From Octopus sinensis (taxonomy: Eukaryota): a DNA stretch of 64,000 nucleotides. Each line of letters begins with the position of its first letter. Position 1 is the first letter of the stretch. The translations under genes and the position numbers were made by a program. The stretch covers positions 65,596,001-65,660,000 of the forward strand of contig NC_043000.1 of assembly GCF_006345805.1 (NCBI RefSeq), given 5' to 3'. A model generated the notes under the pieces. The model was not told where the DNA came from and made no database searches. It saw only the letters and a program-made list of their open reading frames with translations. Of the stretch, positions 51,786-64,000 are shown one piece after another.

Positions 51786-51834
<49 letters not shown>

Positions 51835-52047
51835 TGGTTTCAAATTTTGGCACAAGGCCAGCAATTTGGGAGAGGGAGTAAGGCGATTAGATTGACTCCA
51901 GTGTTCAACTGGTACTTATTTTATCGACTCCGAAAGGGATGAAATGCAGTCAGCCTCGGCGGAATTTGAACTCAGAATGTAAAGTCGGACGAAATGCTGC
52001 TAAGCATTTCGGCCTACGCGGTAACGATCCTGCTAGTTCGCCGCCTT
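51361..52047. repeat. Identical 154-bp direct repeat of a SINE A segment (51361-51514 and 51831-51984) flanking a 272-bp insert plus (TA)n
   Basis: Base-for-base identity by eye. Only the second copy continues into the rest of the SINE. Confidence 0.9.
51587..51629 (+). ncRNA. Hammerhead ribozyme variant with U3-A8 covaried core
   Basis: CAUGCG-UUGAUAA-GAGG-CAAUUA-CCUC-GAAA-CCGG-UC-CGUAUG. Stems I and II pair, stem III is the palindrome CCGG, GUC triplet. Confidence 0.75.
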
Positions 52048-52146
52048 ATACATACATACAAATTATATATTGTTGAAAGCTGAGCTACACGAAAGAAAGA
52101 GCAAATGAAAAAAACACCGATTTTAGACCTGTGTGAATGTACACAC

Positions 52147-52188
<42 letters not shown>

Positions 52189-52535
52189 ACACATACACGA
52201 TGACAAGCTACTCTTGTTTCTGTCTACCAAATTCTTCTTAGGAGGTATTCTATTGGACAGATCGCAGCTATAATAGAAGGAAACACGGAGCCAAGGTGCA
52301 ACACAACGGAATCGAACTCGGTTCTGCAGCCATGTATGCATAATACAGCTGTATTGGACTGTCATCTCGACTACTTACAGTAATATCAAATTCTCACCTG
52401 TAATTCCAATTAAGACTGTTATGTAGATTTTATAATCTCCATATTTACTTCATGTTCAATTTATCCAATAGGATGAGATTAGGTTTCCATAGCAACGTTA
52501 ACTCCCAACTGCTGCTGCTGCGGTTGCTGCGTATA

Positions 52536-52591
<56 letters not shown>

Positions 52592-53004
52592 CGATTTATT
52601 TGCCACTATAATACCAGCTGTTTAACAGTCACGCTCGGTTGTATGTGTGTGAGTGTGTTATTTATTTTATTTGTTTAATTATGTATTTATTTAGACAGAT
52701 AATCGTCAGCAGTTCTGACACTTATCGGGTTGTTTATAAGTATAGATTTATATATTAATAATTTAGGAAAATATTAATTCTTCTTTTGCATGAATTTAAC
52801 TTCCCTAATTGCTTCTAACTCCATTTTAGAACTTGGCGGTTGTTATTATTGATTAATCCCAGGGTCAGACTTGAACGAATCAAAAATATACATGCTATAA
52901 CAACCCCATTTTAAAAACAAGCTAAGAAAAGTGGTGGGATTGACTTGAGGGAAATTTAACTGCTATTTCTTTGACTTTCGTGATAATTTTTATCTCACGC
53001 ACCT

Positions 53005-53410
53005 AGCTGTATGGTAAGAAGCTTGCTTCCCAACCACATGGTTTCAGGTTCAATCCCACTGCGCGGCACCTTGGGTTATCATCTTTTACTATAGCCTTGG
53101 GCCAACCAAAGCCTTGTGAGTGGATTTGGGAGAAGGAAACTTAAAGAAGCCCGTCGAGTATATATATATATATACGTGTGTGTGTGTGTGTGTCTTTGTA
53201 TCTGTGGTCGTCGCCCGCTTCCACCGCTTGACTACTGGTGATGGTATGTTTTCGTCCTCGTACCTTAGCGATTCGGCCTAAGTGACCGATAGAATAAGTA
53301 CTAGGCTTTAAAAAATAGTACTGGGGTCGATTCATTCGACTGAAAATTCTGCAAGGTGGTACCCCAGCGTGACCGCAATCTAATGGCTGAAACAAGTAAA
53401 AGATTAAAAG
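53005..53410 (+). mobile_element. SINE family B
   Basis: Near full-length match to the family consensus. Confidence 0.88.
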
Positions 53411-53885
53411 AAATGTGTTTTGTGATTCTCAAACTTGGAGGTCCATGTAAGATTTTCTTATTAAGTTTTATGTGTAATAAATCGGTTAAGCATCTACAAT
53501 AAACAAAATGCTTTAATTTTTTATACAGTTCCTAATGATATGAAATTATAAAAATATAATAGGATTTTTAAAATATTGAATGGCTATTGAAGTAAAATAG
53601 GAACCCAATGGATCCATAGGCAAAAAATGGTTAAGAACCATTACTTTAAGCTGTATGCTTGTGCGCACGCACAGAAAGTTTACGAAATAAAATCGGATAT
53701 TTTTTAATTGAAGAAATTTGAGTGATGGTTACTCATAGGGATGCGTTCATACTTTGCAAAGAAAGGTAAAATTTGCACACGGTACAAATTTCTGCCCTCA
53801 TCCACAAGGGGAAAGAAAAATTAGAGGGAACAGTATATCCGAAAAATATTACCCAAAATTACTCCGGAGAGCTACTAGCGTACAT

Positions 53886-54217
<332 letters not shown>

Positions 54218-54249
54218 CTTATATTATTATTATATGATTGAACGCTACA

Positions 54250-54840
54250 CATCATCTTCCAAATAAATTTTATCTTAACTCTGATGCACACTCTATACGA
54301 TCTTTTTACTCTTCCGTTTTTCTCTCTCTTATTCTTTTACCTCCTCTTCGCCCACTATTCTATCCTATTACTCTGTCACTCTCTCTCCCTAACTCCTCCT
54401 CCCTTGGCCACATGGCTCCCACATGACCATCGGCCATCTTTCTTTCTCTCCGTTGTAGCTTGAACATGGAAGACGTGTTCTTGTTTGTCTCCTGTCCTGG
54501 CCTGATTTACGCGTTCGTTACAACCTCGTTTTGGCTTAGCTGCCCTTCCCGTTTGTTTTCACTGTCCTGTTTGTGTTACCTATTTTGACCCTCCTCAAAA
54601 TCCCAAATTTTATTTAATTTGCTTTGCGGGAGCAACTGTTTTATCGAAAGCGTGTATTGTTGTTAAATGCACGAAATACGAGACTAGAGAAACAGCCAAC
54701 GACTGATGAAGGGTCGTTCTTTATGTTTGTGTAGTTTTCTATTTGTGTCTTTCGTTGTCCGAAAGAATAATTCATGTTCCATGTACTCGTACTTCGTATA
54801 TTTCTGTTGTACGCGTTTCATGACGTCCTGTACCTACATA
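54250..54840 (+). mobile_element. Possible Penelope-type 3' region/terminal repeat
   Basis: Pyrimidine-rich tract, CTGATGAAGG...TCCGAAAG at about 54703-54767, 3' end abutting TA-rich repeat. Stems pair poorly. Confidence 0.4.
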
Positions 54841-54907
54841 TGCATATATATACATATAGATGTATGTATATATACGTATGTATATATGCACATATATTAT
54901 ATATATA

Positions 54908-54968
<61 letters not shown>

Positions 54969-56890
54969 TGTAGAAAAATACAAACTGGGACAAGAACGTA
55001 AAACATTTAGAAGACGATACAAAAAACACGGAAGCCTTCAATCTTCAGTCAAGAACCGGATCAATATATATATATCTTCCGAAAGATGAGATATATCGTA
55101 CTACACAAACATACATGAATGCGCACATACACATACGCATGCAGCACTCACGCACGCACACATATACATACACATACATGCACACATACTGCTCTAACTC
55201 AGTACCATGAACCTCACTTTCAATGTAAGACAATCTAGTCCTGATATCTTTTAACTTTTACTACGTCACTCACTAGACCGCGACCATGCTGGGGAGCTAG
55301 CCTTGAAGAATTTTTTGTCGAATGTATCAACTACAGTACTTTTTTTTAAAGCCTGGTATTTATCCTGTCGGTCACTTTTGTCGAAATGCTAGGTTACCGG
55401 TTGTCAAGCGTTGGGGAGGTTGATACAAACACAAAGACACACACACACACACACAACACACACACACACATACATACAGTTATATATACAGACAAAAAAT
55501 AAACTGGCAGGTGATGGCTGGAACGCCTTTGCGCATAAATCTGCTCGATAAGAGTTAACCTCGGTTTAACAAGAATAATATCTTGAAATTTCAGCGAAAA
55601 TAAACGAAAAAAGCATTATTTTAAGGTAAATCAACATCAAAATCGGTAAATTGCAATATATATATTCCTTTGTAGTGTGATTAGCAAGTCATCTTCACAA
55701 TAGTAAAAGCCGCTTATTGTCATCACTGGAATGGAGTTTTTTTATACATAGATAACATTAACCAGTTGCTAACATTATGTAGTTTTATCCTAAGCATTTG
55801 AATTCATCAATTTTAAAAAACTGTTCGATGACATCCGTGATTATAATAAGCGGCTTCCACTATTAGTCCCTAAAAGTTGATAAGGTAAGACAGGAAAAGA
55901 GGAAAACGAAAGGAAAGAGGAAGGACGTACAAGATACAGTGAATAAATAAATAAATAGATAAAAATTGAAGAGAGAGGTAATAAAAAAAAGCACTGTTAA
56001 TTCTAAGTAACATTTTATATGTTAAGACAAAGATACCACATGTTACTGCTCTCACATATCGAATGTCTCTGAGTAGACGTCCGGCCTACTAGAAATAGAA
56101 GCCAAATCTCTCTCAAAGCACACACACACACACACACACAAACGAGTATATTATTAGATATATGAAATGATAAGATGGCCATTCTTGAAATGCCTTTAAT
56201 TATAGGTCCGATCGGATCGAGCAGACAGACTTAGGGTTAAACAATAGTTTAATATTTTTCTTTTCTTTTTTTTTTTTATACCATATGCAGTAAACTGTCT
56301 CATCAATTGCATATAGAATCATCGAATACATTACCGTACAAGGAGTTAAATAAAATGCACGCATACGTACACGCATAGAATCAACCATTAAAACACAACT
56401 ACATAATAAAAATCATTGAACACGCACACACACACCCCTGCATGTACGCAAACACGCACGACAATAGTTCTGCCGGTCATTTTTAAGATCGTGATGTACA
56501 ATGTTGAAAGTGTGTGATTAAAACGCTATACTTCTAGTAATTGTATTTACTATAATAGAAGTTAGCTGATATGGTGAAAGCCTACTTCGTGCACATATAG
56601 GTAGTATATCAACTTGAACAGTTCGGCAGCCATTACTAAATCGAGAAAAGCATATTGACACAATTATAGTCGTGCTTATGGTGAAATTTACCTCACTCGT
56701 TCTAAATATTCACTTATCTACTACAACTATCGGGCTATTTGCAGCGTTCTGAACCTCGTTTTGGGTTCGAAGAAATACATTAAAATATACGTAACATTTT
56801 TGCATTACATAGAAAGTTCACTTGAAGCTTTCAATACGCTTTCAATTGCTATTTTAGGTAAACACACATATTCACACACACACACACACA

Positions 56891-56945
<55 letters not shown>

Positions 56946-58060
56946 TCTTTCACACACATATACACACACATATACATACAGGGAATCGATGAGGATGGGG
57001 TAACAAAGAACCACTCCTGTTGTTGTTAGAAGACATTTAGCTTTTTGACTATCCTGAAATCATCACGATTAGCGAAACAGGAAGTTTACGCAGTCACTGA
57101 ACTTGCTTAAAATAGCTACTGAATTACCACGAAATCACTCCCCACCCTCTTAAAAATGGAAAGAACACATTAGGCAATGTTATCCTATCATACAATGGCT
57201 TGCATACTGAAAATATAGCGAGCCACGCTAAAATATTAGTGAGACCTTTTTACTACTCTCACTCTTTCTTAATGACAAAACAAAATAGAGTTTATCTCCA
57301 TATGATTCTTCTTCCTTCTGAGTTTTAAATAGTTTAAAACGTTTTAAAGCGCTTTAATATTTTAAACATAGCAATTTATTTCTTTTCAATCCTCAAAGTT
57401 TTTTTATTCCTATGAGAAACACTCCTCCCTTGTATACAAGAACACAATCTGATCTCGGTCGAAACACATTTGATCTTAGTTCTACTCAATCAGGGTTGAT
57501 CTAAAGTTCAACAACAAATACATCGAATTCAATGTGAGTATATTTTGCTTTGATAGTTTGAGTTATATCGGTCCTGTAGTAGCTCACTTCGTCTTATAAA
57601 GAATGATCGGCCCAACTATTGCAGAATGAAAAGATAACCTTCGTTCAAATGGGTAATTTCATTTATTAGCCATTCCATACAGTGGTGCTAAAGGATTAGT
57701 AGGATCACCATATGAATGTCTTTCCTTTGGTTCTTTCAGCGCAGACAATTTTTGAGAGAGAAGGTTATTTGTCAGTACCACTTGAGCGTGCAGTATATCT
57801 GGCTATTTAAACTTTAGCGTGTTGTTTAACCCTAACCCAGAGAGGATAACATTGTCTAACGTGTCCTTTCCCTTTGAAGACGATAGGGAGTGATTTGAGA
57901 GAAATTCAGTAGATATTTTATGCAAGTTCAGTGACTGCGTAAACCACCTCGTTGGCTAATCGTGGTAACTTCAGGATAATTAAAGAGCTAAGTGTCTTCT
58001 AACTACAACAGGAGTGGTTCTTCCTTACCCACCTTCATCGATTCTGTGTCTATTAATGTA

Positions 58061-58091
<31 letters not shown>

Positions 58092-58374
58092 GAGAGAGGG
58101 TAAGTATGTGTGTGTGCGTGTGTTTGTGCTCTAACCCAGATCAGATCATTTTAGAAATAGTGACTACGGCGCAGAGCGCCCGCTAAAGTAGCACAAATTG
58201 CCTCAGTACTTGTCCGGTACTTTATTTATCAAGTCCCAAATGACGGTAAATTCGGTCTTGGCAGGATTTGAACTGAGTACCAGAAGAAGCACCAGAAAGA
58301 TTTCTGTCGAGCACCCTAACGACCCAACCAAATCGTCGCCTAATTTGGTAAAGATCTTATGCTTATGCGTTATG

Positions 58375-58585
58375 GGGCGGCGAGTTAGCAGAATCATTAG
58401 CACACCAGACAAAAAGCTTTAATGGCATTTCTTTTGGCCATATGTTCTGAGCTCAAATACCGCCGATGTCGATTTTGATTTTCATCCTCCCGGAGTCGAT
58501 AAAATAATTACCACTTTATTGAGCACTGAAATCGATGTTATCGAATAAACCCCACCCCGCAGAATTCAAGGCCTTGTGCTTATTG
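58375..58585 (+). mobile_element. SINE family A (with an opposite-strand copy at about 58190-58340)
   Basis: GGCGGCGAGTTAGCAGAATCATTAG..GAGCTCAAATACCGCCGATGTCGA. Confidence 0.8.
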
Positions 58586-59319
58586 TTGTAAAAAAATTAT
58601 TATGTTTATGTTTTATGACCAAGGTATAAGATCAATTTTACCGATTAACGATTTTGTGGTAATTGGTTAATCGGAGAGCGGATATAAAATGATAGGAAAA
58701 ATAAAACTACAGAGAAAAGTAACAAGCTTATCTCACCAAAAAGAAAGAAAAAAAGAAAAGGATCACGAGAAAATGTCACATTTCATTTAAATATCATAAA
58801 TAATAGTTACAGTAAAATGATGTAGTTCGCTTGAAGCATTGTAGTACACAAGTAGAATAATTAAATACATAATATTTTAGGAAGTTTATTACTTGATAAC
58901 ATGACTTGTGCACAATATTACAATATTTATCACAGGTATGTGGGGGGAAAATTACGTTTTATTTGATATCTTACAAGTAAAAACAAAATAAAGCAAAACA
59001 TTATTAAATCAGTCAATTATTGAAGTTTTCCTGTGAATTGTTTCTATGACTTTTATTGTGACTTTATTTTCAGGAATTCGTTTCATCTACCTTTATCAAC
59101 TACTCAACTATGCGCCATTTAACAATTACTCCGCTTAACAATCGTCTGCGACAACACTGCGAAACATCAAAAACCTAATAATGTATAAAAGAATATGTAA
59201 ATTAAAGAACTAAATCATTTTGAGTATTTCCTATAAATTACAGGCACATCTTGCCAATTAACAGATTTTAAAGTATAATCAGAAAATATTTCGTACATTG
59301 GCACAGTGTCATTATCTCA

Positions 59320-59620
59320 TGGTGGCTACGGCGGCGGCGACAGCGGTGACAGCGGTGACAGCGGTGACAGCGGTGGCAACCGTGACGACGGTGACAGCAA
59401 TGGCGGCGGTGACAGCAATGGCGGCGGTGACAGCAGTGGCGGCGGTGACAGCAGTGGCGGCGGTGACAGCAGTGGCGGCGGTGATAGCAACTGCGGCGGT
59501 GACAGCAGTGGCGGCAGTGACAGTAGTGGCGGCGGTGACAGCAGTGGCGCGGTGACAGCAGTGGCGGCAACGGCGGCAGCGGCGGCGGTGGAGTTTGTGG
59601 TGTCGGTGGTAGTGTAGTCA
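59320..59620. repeat. GC-rich 9/18-bp minisatellite (GACAGCGGT and GACAGCAGTGGCGGCGGT)
   Basis: Direct tandem units. Confidence 0.9.
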
Positions 59621-60014
59621 ATGGGGAGCATATATTTCAATATGAAATTTGTTTTAGAAGACGGAACTAGAATAAGATTTTTCTCAGCAATCAGTCTGAG
59701 CAGATTTCGAGATCAACGTCGTAGAACAGGAATGTAAGTTGTCGAATGTCTAAATTCGCGACCTGGTTACAATTTCCGAAGGAAAACACTTGCCTTTACT
59801 CACACTAGTAATATCCTGGGGAAAAATTATGACTGTTATTGTCAGAACGAGCATTGTTTCTCTTATACGAATTAGAAGCGTTCTGACTCGACACGCAGAC
59901 ACACAAACACACACACACACACACGTACAAAAGCATAATTACATACATACATACATACATGCATGCATGCATGCAGATACAAGCACAAATACACACATAT
60001 ATATATATTTCTTT

Positions 60015-60235
60015 ACTACCCACAAGGGGTTAAAACACAGGTTAAAACAAGGACAGACAAACGGATTAAGTCGATTACATCGACCCCAGTGCGCAACTGG
60101 TACTTAATTTATCGACCCCGAAAGGATGAAAGGCAAAGTCGACTTCGGCGGAATTTGAACTCAGAACATAACGACAGACGAAATACGGCTACGCATTTCG
60201 CCCGGCATACTAAAGTTTCTGCCAGCTCGCCGCCT
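60015..60235 (-). mobile_element. SINE family A (alternative-tail subfamily), full length
   Basis: CCCACAAGGGG..ACAAGGACAGACAAACGGATTAAGTCG..GCCAGCTCGCCGCC. Confidence 0.87.
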
Positions 60236-60479
60236 AATATATATACGCATATATATACACATATCAATAACAGAACTATATTATATGCATGTGTGCATGT
60301 GTGTGTGTGTGTGTGTGTGTATGTGTCTGTATGTGTGCGTCTGTGTATGTGTGTGTGTGCATGTGTGTGTTTGGGACGGAGAGAAAGAGGTAAACAGCCA
60401 GACAGACTGAAAAACAAAGACAAGGAGACGAAATCTATTTCAAGTTTTGGATACGCAAATACAAATGTAGGCAAACTTG

Positions 60480-60514
<35 letters not shown>

Positions 60515-61132
60515 TACGCTAATGTGCGTGTGTGGAGGTACATGCACATTTTACCCGGTGAAGAGGAAAAAAGCCTATTTTAATTTAGTTATAAACTCTG
60601 CTAAACAGACAGAACTGATCGATACCGATATGAAAGCAGCATTATACTAAATTCTTTTGAACATAGATAGTGAAGTAAACACGAACCCCTTAAATGTGGC
60701 GACAACACTCACTTTAATCTATCAAAACTATAGCCGTATCGAACAAAAGTAAGCATTGTTGAGCAGCGTTTAGCTCAACCAAACAAAAACAACGGCGACA
60801 ACTCCGATTACTGTATTAATGATTTCATGCACTAAAGATCAAATTCATTAAAATCGAGAAGTAAGCCATGCGATGAATGTACGGCTTATCTGCTAAACAT
60901 AGCTTACTGATTTTCTATCAAATTATTTCGAATGTTGAAAATATTCACCAACGACTAAGAGACTCGCATCAAGCCGACTTAGAGAACATCTGTGTACTCA
61001 GCCGAAGTGTTAGAATCGGCAGCCACATTTCATTCAAATCACCTGTACTATCTTAAAAAAGAAGTGTTTCAGTGAATAGCGTAGTCTTAGATACATTTGT
61101 AGGAAATTAAGTAATTTGCAGTGATAATTCAT

Positions 61133-61269
<137 letters not shown>

Positions 61270-61482
61270 TGTATGTATGTATGTATGTATGTATGTATGC
61301 ATGTACACGTAATACTGAAATAGTAAAGAAGATATGATATTGCTGTGGGCTCGACCTAGGCATGTGTAAAATTTGAATGAAATTGCTTGTGTAGTTCTCA
61401 AGTTTTAGGGATTCACACAGACACACAGACAGACACACACACACATACACACACACACACATTCTCATCTTTATTTATATAG

Positions 61483-62040
61483 GATATGGTGGCTGCCCCC
61501 TCGTTATCGAGTATGGCCATTGCACGAAGCTTAATCAATGTTGTTATCGTTCAATACCTGTGCAAGAAGATTTTTTAAAGTGAGGAAAGGCTGTGCACTG
61601 AGTCAATCCCACTCACTAAGCAACAGCAACCCTAATTCGAAAAGAAGAACAAGTCAACATCATCGGTAACTACTGAGCCGCAGGTTTTATGTCGGAGTTA
61701 TCCCAGTTACCTGAGTTACCTTCTCCTAGAAGGATGCCCTAACAAAAGCTAGGAGTCCTTCACTCCCAATGGTTTAACCGCGCGATCGAGTATTCAGTCC
61801 GATTATTTCTATGTCCCCGCGCAGGATACAGCCTTAAGACATTTATTGGATGGCCGTTGACTCTCAAGAGTTCCTCCGCCCTTTGACGGGTTTTGTTTTT
61901 CATCCCGCAGGGTGTCCAATGAACACCCTCCTCACCAAGCAAGCTTGGTGGGGTTGCCGGTTTAGTCACCGACGACCCGACCATGCAACAGGTTGTACTG
62001 GGTTACATGTTATCAGTAGCACTCGAAAGTGACCTGACAT
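61483..62040 (-). mobile_element. Repeat resembling an RTE-type LINE 5' UTR
   Basis: Minus strand TTAGGGCATCCTTCTAGGAGAAGGTAACTC and GGTGACTAAACCGG. GC-richer than the flanks. No intact ORF. Confidence 0.45.
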
Positions 62041-62067
62041 ATATAGGATATACGTACATATATACAT

Positions 62068-62110
<43 letters not shown>

Positions 62111-62139
62111 GTACGTTGGACTCCTTATTTGCATATGTA

Positions 62140-62492
62140 TATATATCGTGGCACACCGTCGGTTACGACAATGAGGGTTCCAATTGATACAATCAATGGA
62201 ACAGCCTGCTGGTGAAATTAACGTGCGAGTAGGCGAGCACTCCACAGACACATGTACGCTTACCGTAGTTCTCGGGGAGATTAGCCAACAGAAACAGGAA
62301 GAAAGCGTGAGAGAAAGTTGTAGTGAAAGTGTTGGCGAAAGAATACAGTAGGGATTGCCACCACCCCCTGCCGGAGCATCGTGGAGCTTTAGGTGTTTTC
62401 GCTCAATAAACACTCACAAAGACCGGTCTGGGAATCGAAACCGCGATCCGAGGAGTCCGCTGCTCTAACCACTGTGCCATTGCGCCTCCACT
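62140..62492 (-). mobile_element. tRNA-derived SINE (family C-like)
   Basis: Minus: TGGAGGCGCAATGGCACAGTGGTTAGAGCAGCGGACTC..GGTTTCGATTCCCAGACC, then a non-tRNA body. Confidence 0.8.
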
Positions 62493-62519
62493 ATATATAT
62501 ATATATATCACATCACATA

Positions 62520-63150
62520 TGATGTGCCATACTAATACACACACCAACTAATACATACTAATACGTACTAATACATACTAGTACATACTAATACTTACAC
62601 CAACCCTATACATACACACGTCCAGACCCCGCATACGCACTTATACTCTCTCTCACACACACACACATACCTATACATACCAATACGTACTAATACATAC
62701 TAATACATACTAATACAAACACCAACCCCATACATACGCATGTCCAGACCAATCTTACGCACTAATACTCTCTCATACACACACACCCTTATACATACTA
62801 ATACATACACCAACCCTATACATACACACATCCAGACCCCTCCCACGCACTTTTAGCTGGTCCCTCAACCCGTTTATCAACCCTATTATCTCCCCTTATT
62901 TCGCTCTCGCGTCTCATGTTTGATCTTTGACCTCTGGCCGAAATCAGATCGCCATGTTGATTCGTTAGCTACTGCACGCATTTTTTTTCTCTCCTTCTTT
63001 CTGTGTTTTTCTCTCTCTGTGTATCTTTCTGTTGAAGAGCGTAGGCTCGAAACGTTAAAGACTTGTTTTATTTATATTTCCTGATCGCCATACTAATACA
63101 ATTGTTCGTTTGTTTTCCACCTGCCTTCGTCTTTTGTTTATTTTCATAAA
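62520..63150 (+). mobile_element. Penelope-type 3' region with CUGUUGA-variant hammerhead (63024-63061)
   Basis: UCUUU-CUGUUGA-A-GAGC-GUAG-GCUC-GAAA-CG-UU-AAAGA. Same family as 26729-26948. Confidence 0.75.
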
Positions 63151-63159
63151 GCTTCCCGT

Positions 63160-63191
<32 letters not shown>

Positions 63192-63194
63192 TAA

Positions 63195-63890
63195 TAATAA
63201 TAATATGACAACAAAAGAATGAAAGAGATATCGATATTATGTAAATAGAAGAGTTTATCTATGATATAATATGTGACAATTAGTCGGTTGCCATAATAAA
63301 ACTCAGAGTTTCGGATATCGAGGCGGAAGTCTGCTCCGGCATCTCGTCAGTTATTAAGACAAATAAAAATGCTATGAAAATGACCGTTAAATAAAGGGAA
63401 ATTACTATGAAGATGACCGTTAAGACAAAAGAGCTATGAGAATGACCGTTAAATAAAGGAAAATTACCCGAAAAGGGAGAAAGTAAAAATCTTGATGAAG
63501 GTAAACTCACGCTCATAGAATCCGCGTATGCGCGCATGTACGTATATACACACGCGCGCACGCATACCCACGAGCATGAGCATATATGTATATGCTCACT
63601 CACACCCGCGGTGAGCATGTGTGCGTTTCACGTGAGTGTGAGTGAGCATATACATATATGCACAAGCACGTGGGTGCGCGTGCGCGCGTGTGTATGTATG
63701 TACATGCGCGCATACCAGTATTCAATGAGCGCGGGTTTATCTTCGAGCTTTTTACTTTCTCCCTAGTTGGGTAATTTCCCTATATTTAACCGTCATTTTC
63801 ATAGCATTTTTGTTTGTCTTAATACTGACGAGATACCCCGACATCCGAAACTCCGAGTTTTATTATGGCACCCGACTAATGTCATATTAT
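63195..63890 (-). mobile_element. Older, diverged fold-back element: arms at about 63275-63606 and 63634-63886, tail at about 63195-63270, hammerhead-like motifs at 63294-63356 (minus) and 63820-63865 (plus)
   Basis: Arms align as reverse complements with many mismatches (ORFs SEHIHIC..MRAY on both strands). Motif UAAUA-CUGACGA-GAU..AUC-C-GAAA-CUC(C/U)GAG-UU-UUAUUA. Confidence 0.72.
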
Positions 63891-63894
63891 ATAT

Positions 63895-63936
<42 letters not shown>

Positions 63937-64000
63937 TTTGCGCGATAAGTAGCTTGCTTATCAACTACAAGGTTGTGGGTCCAGTCCAACTGCCTGGCAC

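Noticed and set aside
55701-55863. Imperfect inverted repeat of about 33 bp
   Set aside because: Too degenerate and lacks a clear TSD. It may be an old MITE, but that is not supportable.

Overview
This is eukaryotic, AT-rich, microsatellite-dense genomic DNA. The SINE, LINE and microsatellite content looks like an octopus or other coleoid cephalopod, which is my inference. I can support no intact host gene, and most ORF-track entries are translations of (TA)n, (CA)n or (GATA)n repeats. The window is largely transposon remnants. These include a near full-length CR1-group LINE (28567-33184, 13-bp TSD; ORF1 with a Myb/SANT-like N-terminus and two CCCH fingers; ORF2 with APE and RT), RTE, R4/Dong, Tc1, mariner, MULE (FLYWCH) and Helitron-like fragments, a MITE, and many tRNA-derived SINEs. 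The most striking structure is a recurring class of fold-back elements sitting in (TA)n tracts, at 2883-4482, 20904-22156, 35646-35972, 38771-39747, 40008-40197 and 63195-63890. Each is a long inverted repeat with an unpaired 3' tail on one arm. Five carry a type I hammerhead ribozyme motif in both arms, usually with a palindromic stem III. The sixth (40008) has only a core-like remnant. Several more solo Penelope-type terminal repeats carry hammerheads. Across the window the catalytic core appears as canonical C3-G8, covaried U3-A8 and G3-C8, and A6U and U4C variants. I read these as several Penelope-like retroelement families with inverted pseudo-LTRs that prefer TA microsatellites. Coordinates were read by eye. 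Repeat and SINE boundaries are approximate to a few tens of bases.
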